38,510 bases of DNA from an uncultured Thermococci archaeon (GTDB taxonomy: Archaea; Methanobacteriota_B; Thermococci; Thermococcales; Thermococcaceae). The stretch's first letter is position 1, and each line of letters opens with the position of its first letter. The position numbers were made by a program, and so were the translations under genes. A model generated the notes under the pieces. It had not been told where the DNA came from. It worked only from the letters and a program-made list of their open reading frames with translations, and did no database searches. Below, one piece after another: positions 21,334-31,652 of this stretch. The DNA is taken from positions 1 through 38,510 of the forward strand of contig CAZAPD010000001.1 in NCBI GenBank assembly GCA_964487115.1, given 5' to 3'.

Positions 21334-24104
21334 AAAAAATATTTGGAATTTTCATCGGATTGATGCTGCTTTTCAGCATATTGAGCTATGCATATGCCTC
21401 TGACAGCGTTTTACTATTTGAGGGGTATATAGATCGTGGGGATGCACTCCTCGTAGGGCCTCTTGTTATTTCATTGGTGGATACTCAAAAAGACTACTTG
21501 CATGATGAATACTACGCGTTTATAGCCATTGTCAAAGACGGGAAGGTTCTTAACGCAGAATACAAGACAATATACGTTCCCAACCCAGATAAAATGAAAG
21601 AACTTTTATCAGATCCTCTGTTCCTTATGGCCTTAGCAGATACCATGGGGTATAACATTACCAAGTGCACACAATACGAAAACAATACAATTGAATTCCT
21701 GAATTGTGTATCATCAACTCAAGCAGCTTTTTATCAGTGGCTTCAGAATGCTCCCCCTCAAGAGTTGGGGGATGCCGTTATAAAAACAATTGAGGAACAT
21801 CCCGAGCTTGGTTTGACCAAACAAGATGTGCTGATGCCAATAACCTATCCCAACCTCACTCCCGTAAAAGAAAATGAAACAATAACAGTGAAAGTAGATG
21901 ATCAGGTTGTTGAACTGACTGTACTTCAGGTTTATCCTAACGGTGCCAAAATCAGCATAAGTGGTCCAGTTTCATGGAGAGTTTCAACTGCCCCAGCATT
22001 GATTACAACATCTGTCACTGCCCCCCAAAGTGCCAATCCTGGTGAAACAGTTACCATAAAAGTGCATTTAAAAAATCAGGGGGCATTGAAAGCTCGTTAT
22101 ATAAGTGTTTTTATATCCCCGGCACCGGTAGGGATTAATCAGAGTAGTTCCATTGGGACAGCATTATCACAGATTCTGAGCCAGAGTGGTCTGTCTCAGG
22201 GTGTATGGTATCCTGAAGGAAGTGCAGTTCAGTATGTGGAATATTTGGAAGGAAAGGAAGAAACAACTTTAAAATTCAATATTAAAATAAATGAAAATGC
22301 GAAACCGGGAATATACCCCCTATATGTCAGTGTAGTGTATTTCGCCCAAGTTGGTATGGATGCCCATATAAAGATGATCCAAAGCTTCAATTATGTAGGG
22401 ATAACCGTTGCCAGAGAAAATGAGGCAACATTCGTTATAGAGAACCTCAATAAACCCTCAATAACCCATCCGGGAGATAACTTTAATGTGCAACTAACAC
22501 TGAAAAATTTGGGAGAAGAGGAAGCAAAAAATGTTCTGATTCAGATTCAACCTCAGCTGGAAATACCGAGCAATACTCAGGAAATAAAGAACACCGTCAA
22601 GGCCATCCAGTCACCAATACTGGTGGAAAGCGGCTCCAGTGAGGTATATCTTCCTGTTGTAAATCCAAATGAAAACAAGAAGGTTACCTTTAAAATGCAT
22701 GTGAGTGAAGACGCAAAAACTGGAAGCTATCCTGTAAAAGTAGTGGTAAGGTATTACAGTGGAAATTCAAAGGATGAAAGGGAGCAAACGTTTGTCTTCT
22801 CCATTAATGTGGTAGAAAAGAGGGAAGGATTCATTGAAATTAAAAAAGTTGAGATTACACCTAAAAAAATAAGTCCTGGAGATAGTTTCACGGCAAAATT
22901 CATAATCCAGAATGTAGGTGGGGAACCTGTAAAATCCCTCAGTTTAAAGATATTATCCTACAAAGTTTCGGTTCAAGGAGAAATTAAAAAAGTAGATTTA
23001 TCCTCACTTTCCCAGCTTCCCATTCAAGGTAGCGAACAACTCGCTCAAAATCTACAGAGTGCTCTTAATCAAATAATGCGGGAGTTGGCCAGACAGAATA
23101 TAGATGCATTTTTACCTCTGGGTGAAGACAATGTGAAATATTTAAGCGAACTGAAACCCGGAGAAAATGCTACAGTGGAATTCCAAATCAAAGCAAATGA
23201 CAAGCTTGGAACCGGCATATATCCATTAAGAATCGAAATTGATTATTTAACCGCACCAAATGATCAAGAAATAAAAGATGAAAGGCTTGTTGGAATAGAT
23301 ATAACAGGAAAAGAGAAGCTTATCATTTCAAAAATCTCTACATCCCCCACGAGAGTCCTTCCCGGAACCAGCAATGTGGAGGTAGATTTAGAAGTGGAGA
23401 ATATCGGAACTGGAACCGCCAGAACAGTGTTACTAAAACCAGTCCCCCAGGGTCCCTTTAAATTAAGTGCAACCAGCGAACAAATTATCAATCTTGGAAG
23501 TTTAGGAAAGGGGGACTCCGCAAAAGCCAGTTTTAGAATAGATATTGCAGAAAATGTCACAAGCGGGGTACATGAACTGCCTGTGGAGGTAACGTACACT
23601 GATGAGGTCGGAAATGAAATGCATTTGAAATTAAACATTCCAATAATAATCTCATCTAAACCAAACATACAGATAACATCCGTCAGTTTCTCCCCACAGC
23701 CCCTTCAGGGTAAGGATGTAAAAGTATACCTAACTCTGAAGAATACTGGGGGAGAAAAAGCAGAGAGTGTGGTTGTGGAAGGTGTTATCAAAGCCAGCCA
23801 GCCCTTTACATTGACTAAAAGAACAGATTATGTTGGAACCTTAGAACCCGGGAAAGAAGGTCAGGGAGTTATAGAAATGAGTATTGATAGCAATGCAATA
23901 CCCAAAAACTACAGAGTCCTGATACGCATACGTGCCGTAGGTGACAAAACACAGGGGGATGACAACGTCTATGTTTTTGAACGAACCATTGATATTCCGG
24001 TGAAGGAAAACACCAAAACTAAAAACAATCTAAAGTTATTGGGAGTTCTCGTTGGAATGGCAGTTGTTATTGTTACTCTATACACATACAAGAGACGCAG
24101 TTAA
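21330..24104 (+). CDS. COG1361 S-layer-domain/CARDB-like surface protein
   Basis: N-terminal signal peptide; repeated L/I-K/E-N-x-G ... PGxYP Ig-like modules; C-terminal TM with basic tail; overlaps the MMPL stop. Confidence 0.85.
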   Translation: MKKIFGIFIGLMLLFSILSYAYASDSVLLFEGYIDRGDALLVGPLVISLVDTQKDYLHDEYYAFIAIVKDGKVLNAEYKTIYVPNPDKMKELLSDPLFLMALADTMGYNITKCTQYENNTIEFLNCVSSTQAAFYQWLQNAPPQELGDAVIKTIEEHPELGLTKQDVLMPITYPNLTPVKENETITVKVDDQVVELTVLQVYPNGAKISISGPVSWRVSTAPALITTSVTAPQSANPGETVTIKVHLKNQGALKARYISVFISPAPVGINQSSSIGTALSQILSQSGLSQGVWYPEGSAVQYVEYLEGKEETTLKFNIKINENAKPGIYPLYVSVVYFAQVGMDAHIKMIQSFNYVGITVARENEATFVIENLNKPSITHPGDNFNVQLTLKNLGEEEAKNVLIQIQPQLEIPSNTQEIKNTVKAIQSPILVESGSSEVYLPVVNPNENKKVTFKMHVSEDAKTGSYPVKVVVRYYSGNSKDEREQTFVFSINVVEKREGFIEIKKVEITPKKISPGDSFTAKFIIQNVGGEPVKSLSLKILSYKVSVQGEIKKVDLSSLSQLPIQGSEQLAQNLQSALNQIMRELARQNIDAFLPLGEDNVKYLSELKPGENATVEFQIKANDKLGTGIYPLRIEIDYLTAPNDQEIKDERLVGIDITGKEKLIISKISTSPTRVLPGTSNVEVDLEVENIGTGTARTVLLKPVPQGPFKLSATSEQIINLGSLGKGDSAKASFRIDIAENVTSGVHELPVEVTYTDEVGNEMHLKLNIPIIISSKPNIQITSVSFSPQPLQGKDVKVYLTLKNTGGEKAESVVVEGVIKASQPFTLTKRTDYVGTLEPGKEGQGVIEMSIDSNAIPKNYRVLIRIRAVGDKTQGDDNVYVFERTIDIPVKENTKTKNNLKLLGVLVGMAVVIVTLYTYKRRS

Positions 24105-24173
24105 TCCCTTCTTTTATTTTTCGAAAGTTTTAAACACTTTAACTGAGATATAAAAATAATGGGGTGGATAAAA

Positions 24174-25073
24174 ATGGGTCTGATAAAACATGTAATAATC
24201 CCAATTGTAGTCATTCTCCTCCTTTACATAGGATACGTAGGATATGCAGTTATGACAATACACCCTCAGGGACAGGCTGAGTGGGGATATGTAGATGAAA
24301 ATACCACAGAAGTCTGGATTACACTGAACTTGGGAAAACCTCTTTTAGTGCCATTTAATGTCAAGAGCCTGAATATAAAACTCGAAAACATACCCTTTAT
24401 AAAAGTGGAGCGTTTCGAGTATCATGCCACTGATAAGTTTCTCAAAATGGCCATCGCTATAGATAACAAAAAAATGATTCAAGCACTTGTAGCATATCTA
24501 AACAATGGAAATAGGGGAAATGTTGAAATCGATTTTTCTGGTCAAGCTCTGGGGATAATACCTATTAAATACTCCACGGAAGAACCAATAAACGTTAATC
24601 CCTTAGAATATATTAACTTAACAGCAAAAAGTGAAGAGATTGGTCCATTTTTGACACCAGCTATTATTGGAAGCAGAAATGTTTGGGGTGGGGTAGAAGG
24701 AGATAAAGCTGTAATATACACATACCTGAAGCTGTATAATCCAAATTCCGTTCCGATCCCAGTTACAGGAATATCCTTCAAGCTATATATGAATGATATC
24801 CAAGTTGGCGAGGGAAAAATAGCTGAAACTGTAATTGTCCCGGCTAAAGGATACGCAACCGCAAAGCTCAGAACGGAAATTAATTTAAATTCACTGCCAA
24901 AAGTGTGGGTTAAGCATATAAAACAGGGAGAGGTCAGTACAGTTAAAGCAGAGATATACCTCGACATTACTGTTGGTGAGTTTAAGTATACCCATAAGCT
25001 GACGGCCGTCGAAAAGAAGATTGAAACCAATATTATGGGAGAAATAAATAACATATTAGCCTCCCTCAGATGA
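24174..25073 (+). CDS. Membrane-anchored LEA_2/WHy-domain protein
   Basis: N-terminal TM; LYNPNSVPIPVTGISFKLYMNDIQVGEG ... VPAKG. Confidence 0.75.
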   Translation: MGLIKHVIIPIVVILLLYIGYVGYAVMTIHPQGQAEWGYVDENTTEVWITLNLGKPLLVPFNVKSLNIKLENIPFIKVERFEYHATDKFLKMAIAIDNKKMIQALVAYLNNGNRGNVEIDFSGQALGIIPIKYSTEEPINVNPLEYINLTAKSEEIGPFLTPAIIGSRNVWGGVEGDKAVIYTYLKLYNPNSVPIPVTGISFKLYMNDIQVGEGKIAETVIVPAKGYATAKLRTEINLNSLPKVWVKHIKQGEVSTVKAEIYLDITVGEFKYTHKLTAVEKKIETNIMGEINNILASLR

Positions 25074-25116
25074 AACTTTTTATACCTCTTTTGTTTTTCC
25101 ATTTCTGGTGAGCCAA

Positions 25117-25629
25117 ATGAACATCAGGGAGATGCATGAATTTCTTAACTACCTGTGGGAAAGCGTGTTTAAGCTCAATGATGAACTTGGGGAGATGCTA
25201 AGGGAGAGAGGGTTCGATGTGGAACCTGTCGAGGAAGCATTTAACGGCTACATATACCTTGATGGGGAATGGAGATTAATGAAGTATCCATATCCCGTAT
25301 TTGAAGTGAAACCGCACGGAGAAATTGGGGCTACACTTCAGGGCTTCTACTTTGTATTCGCTGTGCCCAGAGAGAAATTAACTCCAGAATTTATCAGAGA
25401 ATTCATAGAAAGCTTTAAGGAGGCTTTTATCTATGGAACCGCTGATTTCCTCAAGGATTTTTACAACCCCAATACCAGAGGGGAAGTCGAGGGAATTCTT
25501 GAGAATATAAACTCCAGTTCGGAGGAGATAGTTCAGTTTGAGGTGGAGACAAAAACGCCGGAAGAACTGAAAGATGCCCTCTTCAGGTTCATTGAAATCG
25601 GAGAAAAGCACAGGATTCTGGAGGATTAA
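25117..25629 (+). CDS. Conserved hypothetical protein (DUF3201-like)
   Basis: VEEAFNGYIYLDGEW..MKYPYP..EVKP.GEIG pattern; RBS GGTGA. Confidence 0.6.
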   Translation: MNIREMHEFLNYLWESVFKLNDELGEMLRERGFDVEPVEEAFNGYIYLDGEWRLMKYPYPVFEVKPHGEIGATLQGFYFVFAVPREKLTPEFIREFIESFKEAFIYGTADFLKDFYNPNTRGEVEGILENINSSSEEIVQFEVETKTPEELKDALFRFIEIGEKHRILED

Positions 25630-25630
25630 T

Positions 25631-26779
25631 ATGTATCTTGAAGCATTTCCCGAGGAGCTCAGGGAATACTATAGAGGGCTTTTTGGGAGCGAGGCCGAGG
25701 AAATAATGTCTTCACTTAGAACGCCGGTCGAGAAGTATTACATCCGTGTGAACACGCTTAAAACGAGCCGCTCAAAGCTCATACAGATTCTCAGAAGGGA
25801 GGGTCTTAAACCTAAGAGAAGCCCACACCTGAAGGAAGGAATATACTTCGAGAGGAAGGGGCCAAACTTTCCTGATGACTTTGATCCCGCTCTACCTGTG
25901 GTCAGGGCTAATAAGTTTGCGAGCGAGAGCGTCTATCAGGGAGCCATGCTCTACGCACCTGGTGTTCTTCATGCAGACAAAAGAATCAAACCCGGTGACA
26001 AGGTTGAAATCAGAGATCCGAGAGGGCTACTCGTCGGAATAGGAATAGCCAAAATGAGTGGCAAAGAGATGATAATCTCAAACAGAGGTTTGGCCGTTGA
26101 GGTTACCCTGCCAAAATTTAAACTTCCAAGTCTCAGCGAACTGGAGAGCTTTAAGGAGGGTCTTTTCTATGCCCAGAGCTTACCTTCGATGGTAACAGCA
26201 AGGGTTCTTGAGCCGAGTGAAGAGGAACTGATAATAGACATGACAGCCGCTCCGGGAGGAAAGACCAGCCATATTGCTCAGCTCATGCAAAATAGGGGGG
26301 AAATTATGGCCATCGACAAGTCTCGCAACAGGCTGAAAAAGATGGAAAAGGAACTCAAAAGACTCGGAGTTAAAAACGTCAAGCTCATTCATATGGACTC
26401 AAGAAAACTCCCGGAGCTTGGCATAGAGGCTGACAGGATACTGCTCGACGCTCCCTGCACCGCTTTGGGCATAAGACCCAAACTCTGGGAAATGAGAACA
26501 CCGAAGGACATATTTTCGACAGCCCGCTACCAAAAGCACTTCATAAATGCAGCAATAAAGTCACTCCGGAAGGGAGGTGTTTTAGTCTACTCCACATGCA
26601 CGCTCAGCTACGAGGAGAATGAGGCCAATGTGAAATACATGCTCGATAAAGGTTTAAAACTGGAAGAGCAGAAACTCTTCATAGGCTCTCATGGAATAGA
26701 CATGGGGAAAGTTCAGAGGTTCTATCCAAACAGGCATCTCACACAGGGTTTTTTTATAGCAAAGCTGAGGAAGGTGTGA
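25631..26779 (+). CDS. RsmB/NOP2-family RNA m5C methyltransferase with PUA domain (NSUN6-like)
   Basis: YIRVNTLK, PUA segment GAMLYAPGV, AAPGGKT, LLDAPCT, VYSTCT, EENE. Confidence 0.9.
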   Translation: MYLEAFPEELREYYRGLFGSEAEEIMSSLRTPVEKYYIRVNTLKTSRSKLIQILRREGLKPKRSPHLKEGIYFERKGPNFPDDFDPALPVVRANKFASESVYQGAMLYAPGVLHADKRIKPGDKVEIRDPRGLLVGIGIAKMSGKEMIISNRGLAVEVTLPKFKLPSLSELESFKEGLFYAQSLPSMVTARVLEPSEEELIIDMTAAPGGKTSHIAQLMQNRGEIMAIDKSRNRLKKMEKELKRLGVKNVKLIHMDSRKLPELGIEADRILLDAPCTALGIRPKLWEMRTPKDIFSTARYQKHFINAAIKSLRKGGVLVYSTCTLSYEENEANVKYMLDKGLKLEEQKLFIGSHGIDMGKVQRFYPNRHLTQGFFIAKLRKV

Positions 26780-26781
26780 GT

Positions 26782-27792
26782 ATGGGAAAAGTAAAGAAAG
26801 TCGGGGCGGCTGGTTTAGCCATACTGTTAATTTTAGCCCTTATCTGGATAGCGGGAGTAAATGAAACCATAGAAATTCTAAAAAGGGCAAATCTCCGCCT
26901 GTTTATATCTGCAATCATAACTTTTGTAGTAACCATCATTCTGTGGGCCTTGAGATGGGATGTTTTTCTCAAAGGTATTGGTGTAAATGCAAATTTTAGA
27001 GATGTTCTGAGGGGGATACTTATTGGAATGTTTGTTAACAACGTTACTCCCGGGGCACGGGGTGGTGGGGAGCCTGTAAGAATGTATTTTATCGCAAAGC
27101 GTTCCGAAGGTGACTATGGACCAATATTCGCAACCATAATGGCTGACAGGCTGCTTGATCTTATCCCTGTCTTCACGATGCTGATTCTTTCAAGCTGGTA
27201 TGCATATTCAATTGGAGCCAAAAAGATGACGTGGATTCTCCTAATTTTAACATTATTGCTGTTTCTGCTTCTCATAGCAGGACTACTCATAATGCTGAAC
27301 AGACAAAGAATGGAAAGCATCATCAACAAAGCCCTTAAATTCGCACTTAGAATATCTCCCCGAAGAATGAAAAAATGGGAAGAGAAAATTCAAAATTTGG
27401 TTGATAAGGGTATTCCACAGTTCCAAATAACAGTGAAAATAATTCTAAAACAAAAAAAGGATTTTACAATTGCATTGATTTTATCCTACATTTTCTGGAC
27501 GCTTGTAATACTCCGTTCCTATCTCGTATTTCTGAGCATTAACTACAGGATAGACATTGCAAAGGTGATGGTGGTCCAGATGGCAACTATAGTCATAGGA
27601 CTTGTTAGCATAATTCCCGGTGGTGCAGGCATAACTGAAACCATAAATTCAGGTCTCTACCTCGCACTGGGCATTGATAAGAGCATTGCCATTACAGCTA
27701 CCCTGCTGGAGAGATTAATATCCTACTGGGGGCCAACTGTTGTCGGGGGCATTTTAACAACACATTTTGGAATTGGGATGAAATCGAAATAA
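26782..27792 (+). CDS. UPF0104/LPG-synthase-TM flippase-like membrane protein, paralog 1
   Basis: LRW, NNVTPGARGGGEP, DRLLD, PGGAGITE, ERLISYW. Confidence 0.88.
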   Translation: MGKVKKVGAAGLAILLILALIWIAGVNETIEILKRANLRLFISAIITFVVTIILWALRWDVFLKGIGVNANFRDVLRGILIGMFVNNVTPGARGGGEPVRMYFIAKRSEGDYGPIFATIMADRLLDLIPVFTMLILSSWYAYSIGAKKMTWILLILTLLLFLLLIAGLLIMLNRQRMESIINKALKFALRISPRRMKKWEEKIQNLVDKGIPQFQITVKIILKQKKDFTIALILSYIFWTLVILRSYLVFLSINYRIDIAKVMVVQMATIVIGLVSIIPGGAGITETINSGLYLALGIDKSIAITATLLERLISYWGPTVVGGILTTHFGIGMKSK

Positions 27793-27861
27793 GTAAAATC
27801 CAGAAAGACTTAAAATATTCCGAACAAAAATTTCTTCGAACCTCCGCCGGATGGGATTGTA

Positions 27862-28878
27862 ATGAAGGGAAAGGGAAAAAAGAGCCTAACAATTGCAGCA
27901 GGCCTTCTCCTCGTTGTATTGCTCATAGCATGGAGTGGCGTTGGAGAAATGGTAAAGTTGCTGAGTCAAACAAAGTTAAGGTATTTAGCCTTAGCCTGTT
28001 TTTTCTCAGCTCTTGAAACGATCCTATGGTCTCTCAGGTGGCAAATTCTGTTGAAACAGAGCAACATTCACGTCCCCCTCAAAAAAGTTTTTGAAGCCAC
28101 TCTGATCGGGATATTCGTGAACAATGTGACTCCGGGAGCGAGAGGCGGAGGAGAACCCGTAAGAATGTATCTAATAAAAAAGCGTTCAGACAGTAGCTAC
28201 GGCAAAATTTTTGCCACAATTGCTACGGACAGAATGCTTGATGCCATCCCAATAGTTGTCTTCACCATAATCGCCTTCTGGTATGCCCTCGACCTCGGAA
28301 CCCATCTCGTGCTCATAGTTCTCCTCGTATCTGTCATTATAGTTATCTCCGTCATTTTACTAAGCATTCTCTTCTCACTGAATGAAAAGCTTGCAATGGG
28401 CCTTCTCATGAGGATATTTCGGCTCGTAAGAAGAATATTCCCGAAGAAGTTCGAGGGTATGGAAGAGCAAGCGGAGGAGATAATCAAGTCTCATGTAATA
28501 GATTTCAAAAGAACCTTCGTTATGCTGTCAAAAAACAAGCTTGCCCTCTTCGGTAGCACCACAATATCTTTTATGATATGGGTATCAGCGCTTCTTAGAA
28601 CGTATCTCGTTTTCCTGAGTTTAAACTATCCTCTCCAGCTTCACAAGGTTCTGATGGTTCAGATGGCCGGAATGGCTGTAGGTTTGATAAGCATAATCCC
28701 GGGGGGTATAGGAATCACCGAAGCTATTTTCTCGGCACTCTATCTGAGCCTTGCCATAGATAAGACCCTCGCGGTAACAGCCACCATGGTCGATAGAATG
28801 CTCTCATTCTGGATTCCAACACTCACAGGAGCTCTTGTAGCTGCACATTTGGGTGTTAAACTCACAGAAGAGGGCTGA
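27862..28878 (+). CDS. UPF0104/LPG-synthase-TM flippase-like membrane protein, paralog 2
   Basis: LRW, NNVTPGARGGGEP, DRMLD, PGGIGITE, DRMLSFW. Confidence 0.88.
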   Translation: MKGKGKKSLTIAAGLLLVVLLIAWSGVGEMVKLLSQTKLRYLALACFFSALETILWSLRWQILLKQSNIHVPLKKVFEATLIGIFVNNVTPGARGGGEPVRMYLIKKRSDSSYGKIFATIATDRMLDAIPIVVFTIIAFWYALDLGTHLVLIVLLVSVIIVISVILLSILFSLNEKLAMGLLMRIFRLVRRIFPKKFEGMEEQAEEIIKSHVIDFKRTFVMLSKNKLALFGSTTISFMIWVSALLRTYLVFLSLNYPLQLHKVLMVQMAGMAVGLISIIPGGIGITEAIFSALYLSLAIDKTLAVTATMVDRMLSFWIPTLTGALVAAHLGVKLTEEG

Positions 28879-28923
28879 GAATGTCCAGAAAAATATTTAA
28901 CATCTGTCCGCAAAGCTATCATG

Positions 28924-29760
28924 ATGAGATTTGGAATCGTTGCACGAAGAGATAAAGAAGCAGCTTTGAAATTAGCGTACAGGGTATATGATTTCCTCAA
29001 GGTTAGTGGTTATGAGGTTTTTGTAGATAGAGAAGCTCAAAGACATCTCCCTGAATTCAACGAGAAGGATGTCATTCCCCTCGAAGAGATGGATGTGGAT
29101 TTTATAATTGCCATCGGAGGCGATGGTACTATCCTAAGAGTGGAGCACAGAACAAAGAGAGATATTCCCATCCTCGGGATAAACATGGGGACGTTGGGAT
29201 TTTTAACAGAGGTCGAACCAAATGAAACATTTTTTGCCCTCAATAAGCTCATTGAAGGGGATTACTATATCGATGAGCGTATGAAACTTAGGACATACCT
29301 AAACAGAGAAATTTCCATACCCGATGCACTCAATGAAGTAGCAATTCTCACTGGAATTCCGGGTAAAATAATCCACCTCAAATATTACGTGGATAACGGT
29401 TTAGCCGATGAACTCCGGAGTGATGGCCTTATAGTCTCAACACCCACAGGCTCAACAGGATACTCCATGTCCGCTGGAGGTCCATTTGTTGATCCAAGAT
29501 TAGATGTCATGGTTATAACTCCTCTTGCACCGATAGCCCTCAGCTCAAGGCCAATGATAGTACCGGCAAAATCCAAGATTGATATAAGGATATTAACTGT
29601 TCACCGTGAAGCTATCCTCGCTATAGATGGTCAGTTCTATACCTACATATCACCCGACACTGAGATTTCCGTAAGAAAGTCACCAAGAAAAACCAGATTT
29701 GTGCGCTTTTCAAACAGTTTATATCCAAAATATCCAATGAAAATTAAAAAGAAGTTTTAA
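28924..29760 (+). CDS. nadK: NAD kinase
   Basis: [42 protein letters not shown]. Confidence 0.95.
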   Translation: MRFGIVARRDKEAALKLAYRVYDFLKVSGYEVFVDREAQRHLPEFNEKDVIPLEEMDVDFIIAIGGDGTILRVEHRTKRDIPILGINMGTLGFLTEVEPNETFFALNKLIEGDYYIDERMKLRTYLNREISIPDALNEVAILTGIPGKIIHLKYYVDNGLADELRSDGLIVSTPTGSTGYSMSAGGPFVDPRLDVMVITPLAPIALSSRPMIVPAKSKIDIRILTVHREAILAIDGQFYTYISPDTEISVRKSPRKTRFVRFSNSLYPKYPMKIKKKF

Positions 29761-30973
29761 GAAGCAATTCCTCCATCTTTTCAAGAACTTCTTCGGGTGT
29801 TTTGCCCATAACGAAGAGCAAATTGTCCCGGCATATTAAATCAGGCGTTTTCTCCCCCCTATTGTGCTCCAGAACGATGAAACCCCGGTCGTGAGCTCTT
29901 CTTATCACTCCCCTATCGTACTTCAGGACCAATGCACTTCTCAATTCTGGATAATACCTCATGATTTCGAGTATGCTCCCATCAGATGCCCCAAACTCGA
30001 CGTTTCCATCACTGATCCATACGGCAATATCATTTTTACTCCTTGCGTAAAGAGCAGGTAGAGCATATACAAAATTCACTCCTGATTCCGGGAGATACTC
30101 GGCGATTTTTGGAGTTAGAGTTTTAAACTTTCCGGAAATTGTCTTGAGTCTGCTGTAAACTCTCCATCTCTCGGCAGGAATCTCAATCCACGCATTCTGG
30201 TTGACCGGGCAGTGCCCCCGACCTATTCTTGCCCCATACTCTATGCCAATCGTTATAAACTTCTTCGCAGTTCTAAGGGCTTCCTCAAGGGGCTCCCCCC
30301 TTGCGAGATTGGCCGTTATAGCGGCAGAAAAAGAACAGCCCGTCCCGTGGGTGCACCCTTCAATGAAAGGAGCCCGATATTCCCTGAATCTTCCGTCGTG
30401 ATACAAAACATCCACAGCTTCACTCAGCCCCAGATGACCTCCCTTTACAATCACTGCTTCAGCTCCAAACCCTTCAGCTATCGCCTTCGCAGCCTTTCTG
30501 GCATCCTCAAGGTTTTCTATCTTTATGCCACTGAGTTTTTCCGCCTCGTATCTGTTTGGAGTTACGAGCTTTGAAAGAGGAAGTATATGCTCAATCAGCG
30601 CATCAACGGCATCTTCCCTCAAAAGGGGAGCTCCGCTTTTGGCTATCATCACGGGGTCGACGACCAGAGGGAAACCATATCTTTTTACGGTTTTTGAAAC
30701 CGCTTTTATTATCCCCTTATTGCTCAGCATCCCTGTTTTAGCCGCATCAACCCCGATATCATCAGCAACGGCTTCAATCTGCCTCCTGACAACTTCCGGT
30801 GGAATATCATGAATTGCGGTTACCTCCTTTGTGTTCTGAGCCGTAACGCTCGTCACTGCCACAAGCCCATGGACACCAAAGGCTGAGAACGTCTTTAAAT
30901 CAGCTTCAATTCCTGCTCCTCCCCCACTGTCGCTACCCGCTATTGTCAAGGCGGTTCTAACATATTTTCTCAA
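29744..30973 (-). CDS. thiD: HMP/HMP-P kinase fused to a degenerate ThiN-like domain
   Basis: [39 protein letters not shown]; likely TTG start at 30973 after RBS GGGGTGA (ORF is open to 31048). Confidence 0.92.
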   Translation of the reverse strand: MRKYVRTALTIAGSDSGGGAGIEADLKTFSAFGVHGLVAVTSVTAQNTKEVTAIHDIPPEVVRRQIEAVADDIGVDAAKTGMLSNKGIIKAVSKTVKRYGFPLVVDPVMIAKSGAPLLREDAVDALIEHILPLSKLVTPNRYEAEKLSGIKIENLEDARKAAKAIAEGFGAEAVIVKGGHLGLSEAVDVLYHDGRFREYRAPFIEGCTHGTGCSFSAAITANLARGEPLEEALRTAKKFITIGIEYGARIGRGHCPVNQNAWIEIPAERWRVYSRLKTISGKFKTLTPKIAEYLPESGVNFVYALPALYARSKNDIAVWISDGNVEFGASDGSILEIMRYYPELRSALVLKYDRGVIRRAHDRGFIVLEHNRGEKTPDLICRDNLLFVMGKTPEEVLEKMEELLLKTSF

Positions 30974-31025
30974 TCCAATCACCCCGAGTCCATCGATTAT
31001 TTCCTCTATATCTGACATACCCAGC

Positions 31026-31652
31026 TTATCTCCCAAAAAACTCATCAATTATCTTTCTCATCTTTTCGGCGGCTTCCCTCACATCTTCTGCCCCAACCAC
31101 AGCAGATATAAGGGCTATGCCATCAACACCTGTTCTGAGAACATCTGCAACATTTTCATGGTTTATGCCCCCTATGGCCACCACAGGTATATTCACAGAT
31201 TCCGTGACCTCCCTGAGGCCATCAAGACCGAGAATTCTGACATCCTTCTTTGTGGAGGTTGGAAAAACAGCCCCCGCTCCAAGATAGTGAGCCCCTTCTC
31301 TCTCTGCTTTCAGAGCTTCCTCAAGACTATATACCGATGCACCTATGATCAAACTGGGTGCAACTTCCCTCGCCTTTGGGATCGGCATATCATCTGGACC
31401 GAGCTGCACTCCATCTGCATCAACTGCTAAAGCTACATCAAGCCTATCATCGACAAAGAAGAGAGCATCATATTCATCGGTGAGCTTTCGTAATTGGCTT
31501 CCAATCTCAACCATCTCCCCTGTCGGTGTATTTTTCAGTCTGAGCTGTATAGCTGTCGCCCCGCCCTCAAGGGCAGCCTTAACAGTTTCCACTTCATTTC
31601 TCAGCTTCCTATCAGTTATGATGTATAACTTGAGCTTTTTTCTAAGGTTCAA
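31026..31652 (-). CDS. thiE: Thiamine-phosphate synthase
   Basis: LYIITD, IQLRLK, DDRLDVALA, GAGAVFPTSTK, VAIGGI. Confidence 0.95.
   Translation of the reverse strand: MNLRKKLKLYIITDRKLRNEVETVKAALEGGATAIQLRLKNTPTGEMVEIGSQLRKLTDEYDALFFVDDRLDVALAVDADGVQLGPDDMPIPKAREVAPSLIIGASVYSLEEALKAEREGAHYLGAGAVFPTSTKKDVRILGLDGLREVTESVNIPVVAIGGINHENVADVLRTGVDGIALISAVVGAEDVREAAEKMRKIIDEFFGR

Noticed and set aside
24118..24129. Half-site TTTTCGAAAGTT resembling the 19049 operator, upstream of the LEA_2 gene
   Set aside because: Single half-site, equally explained as a T-tract terminator followed by BRE and TATA
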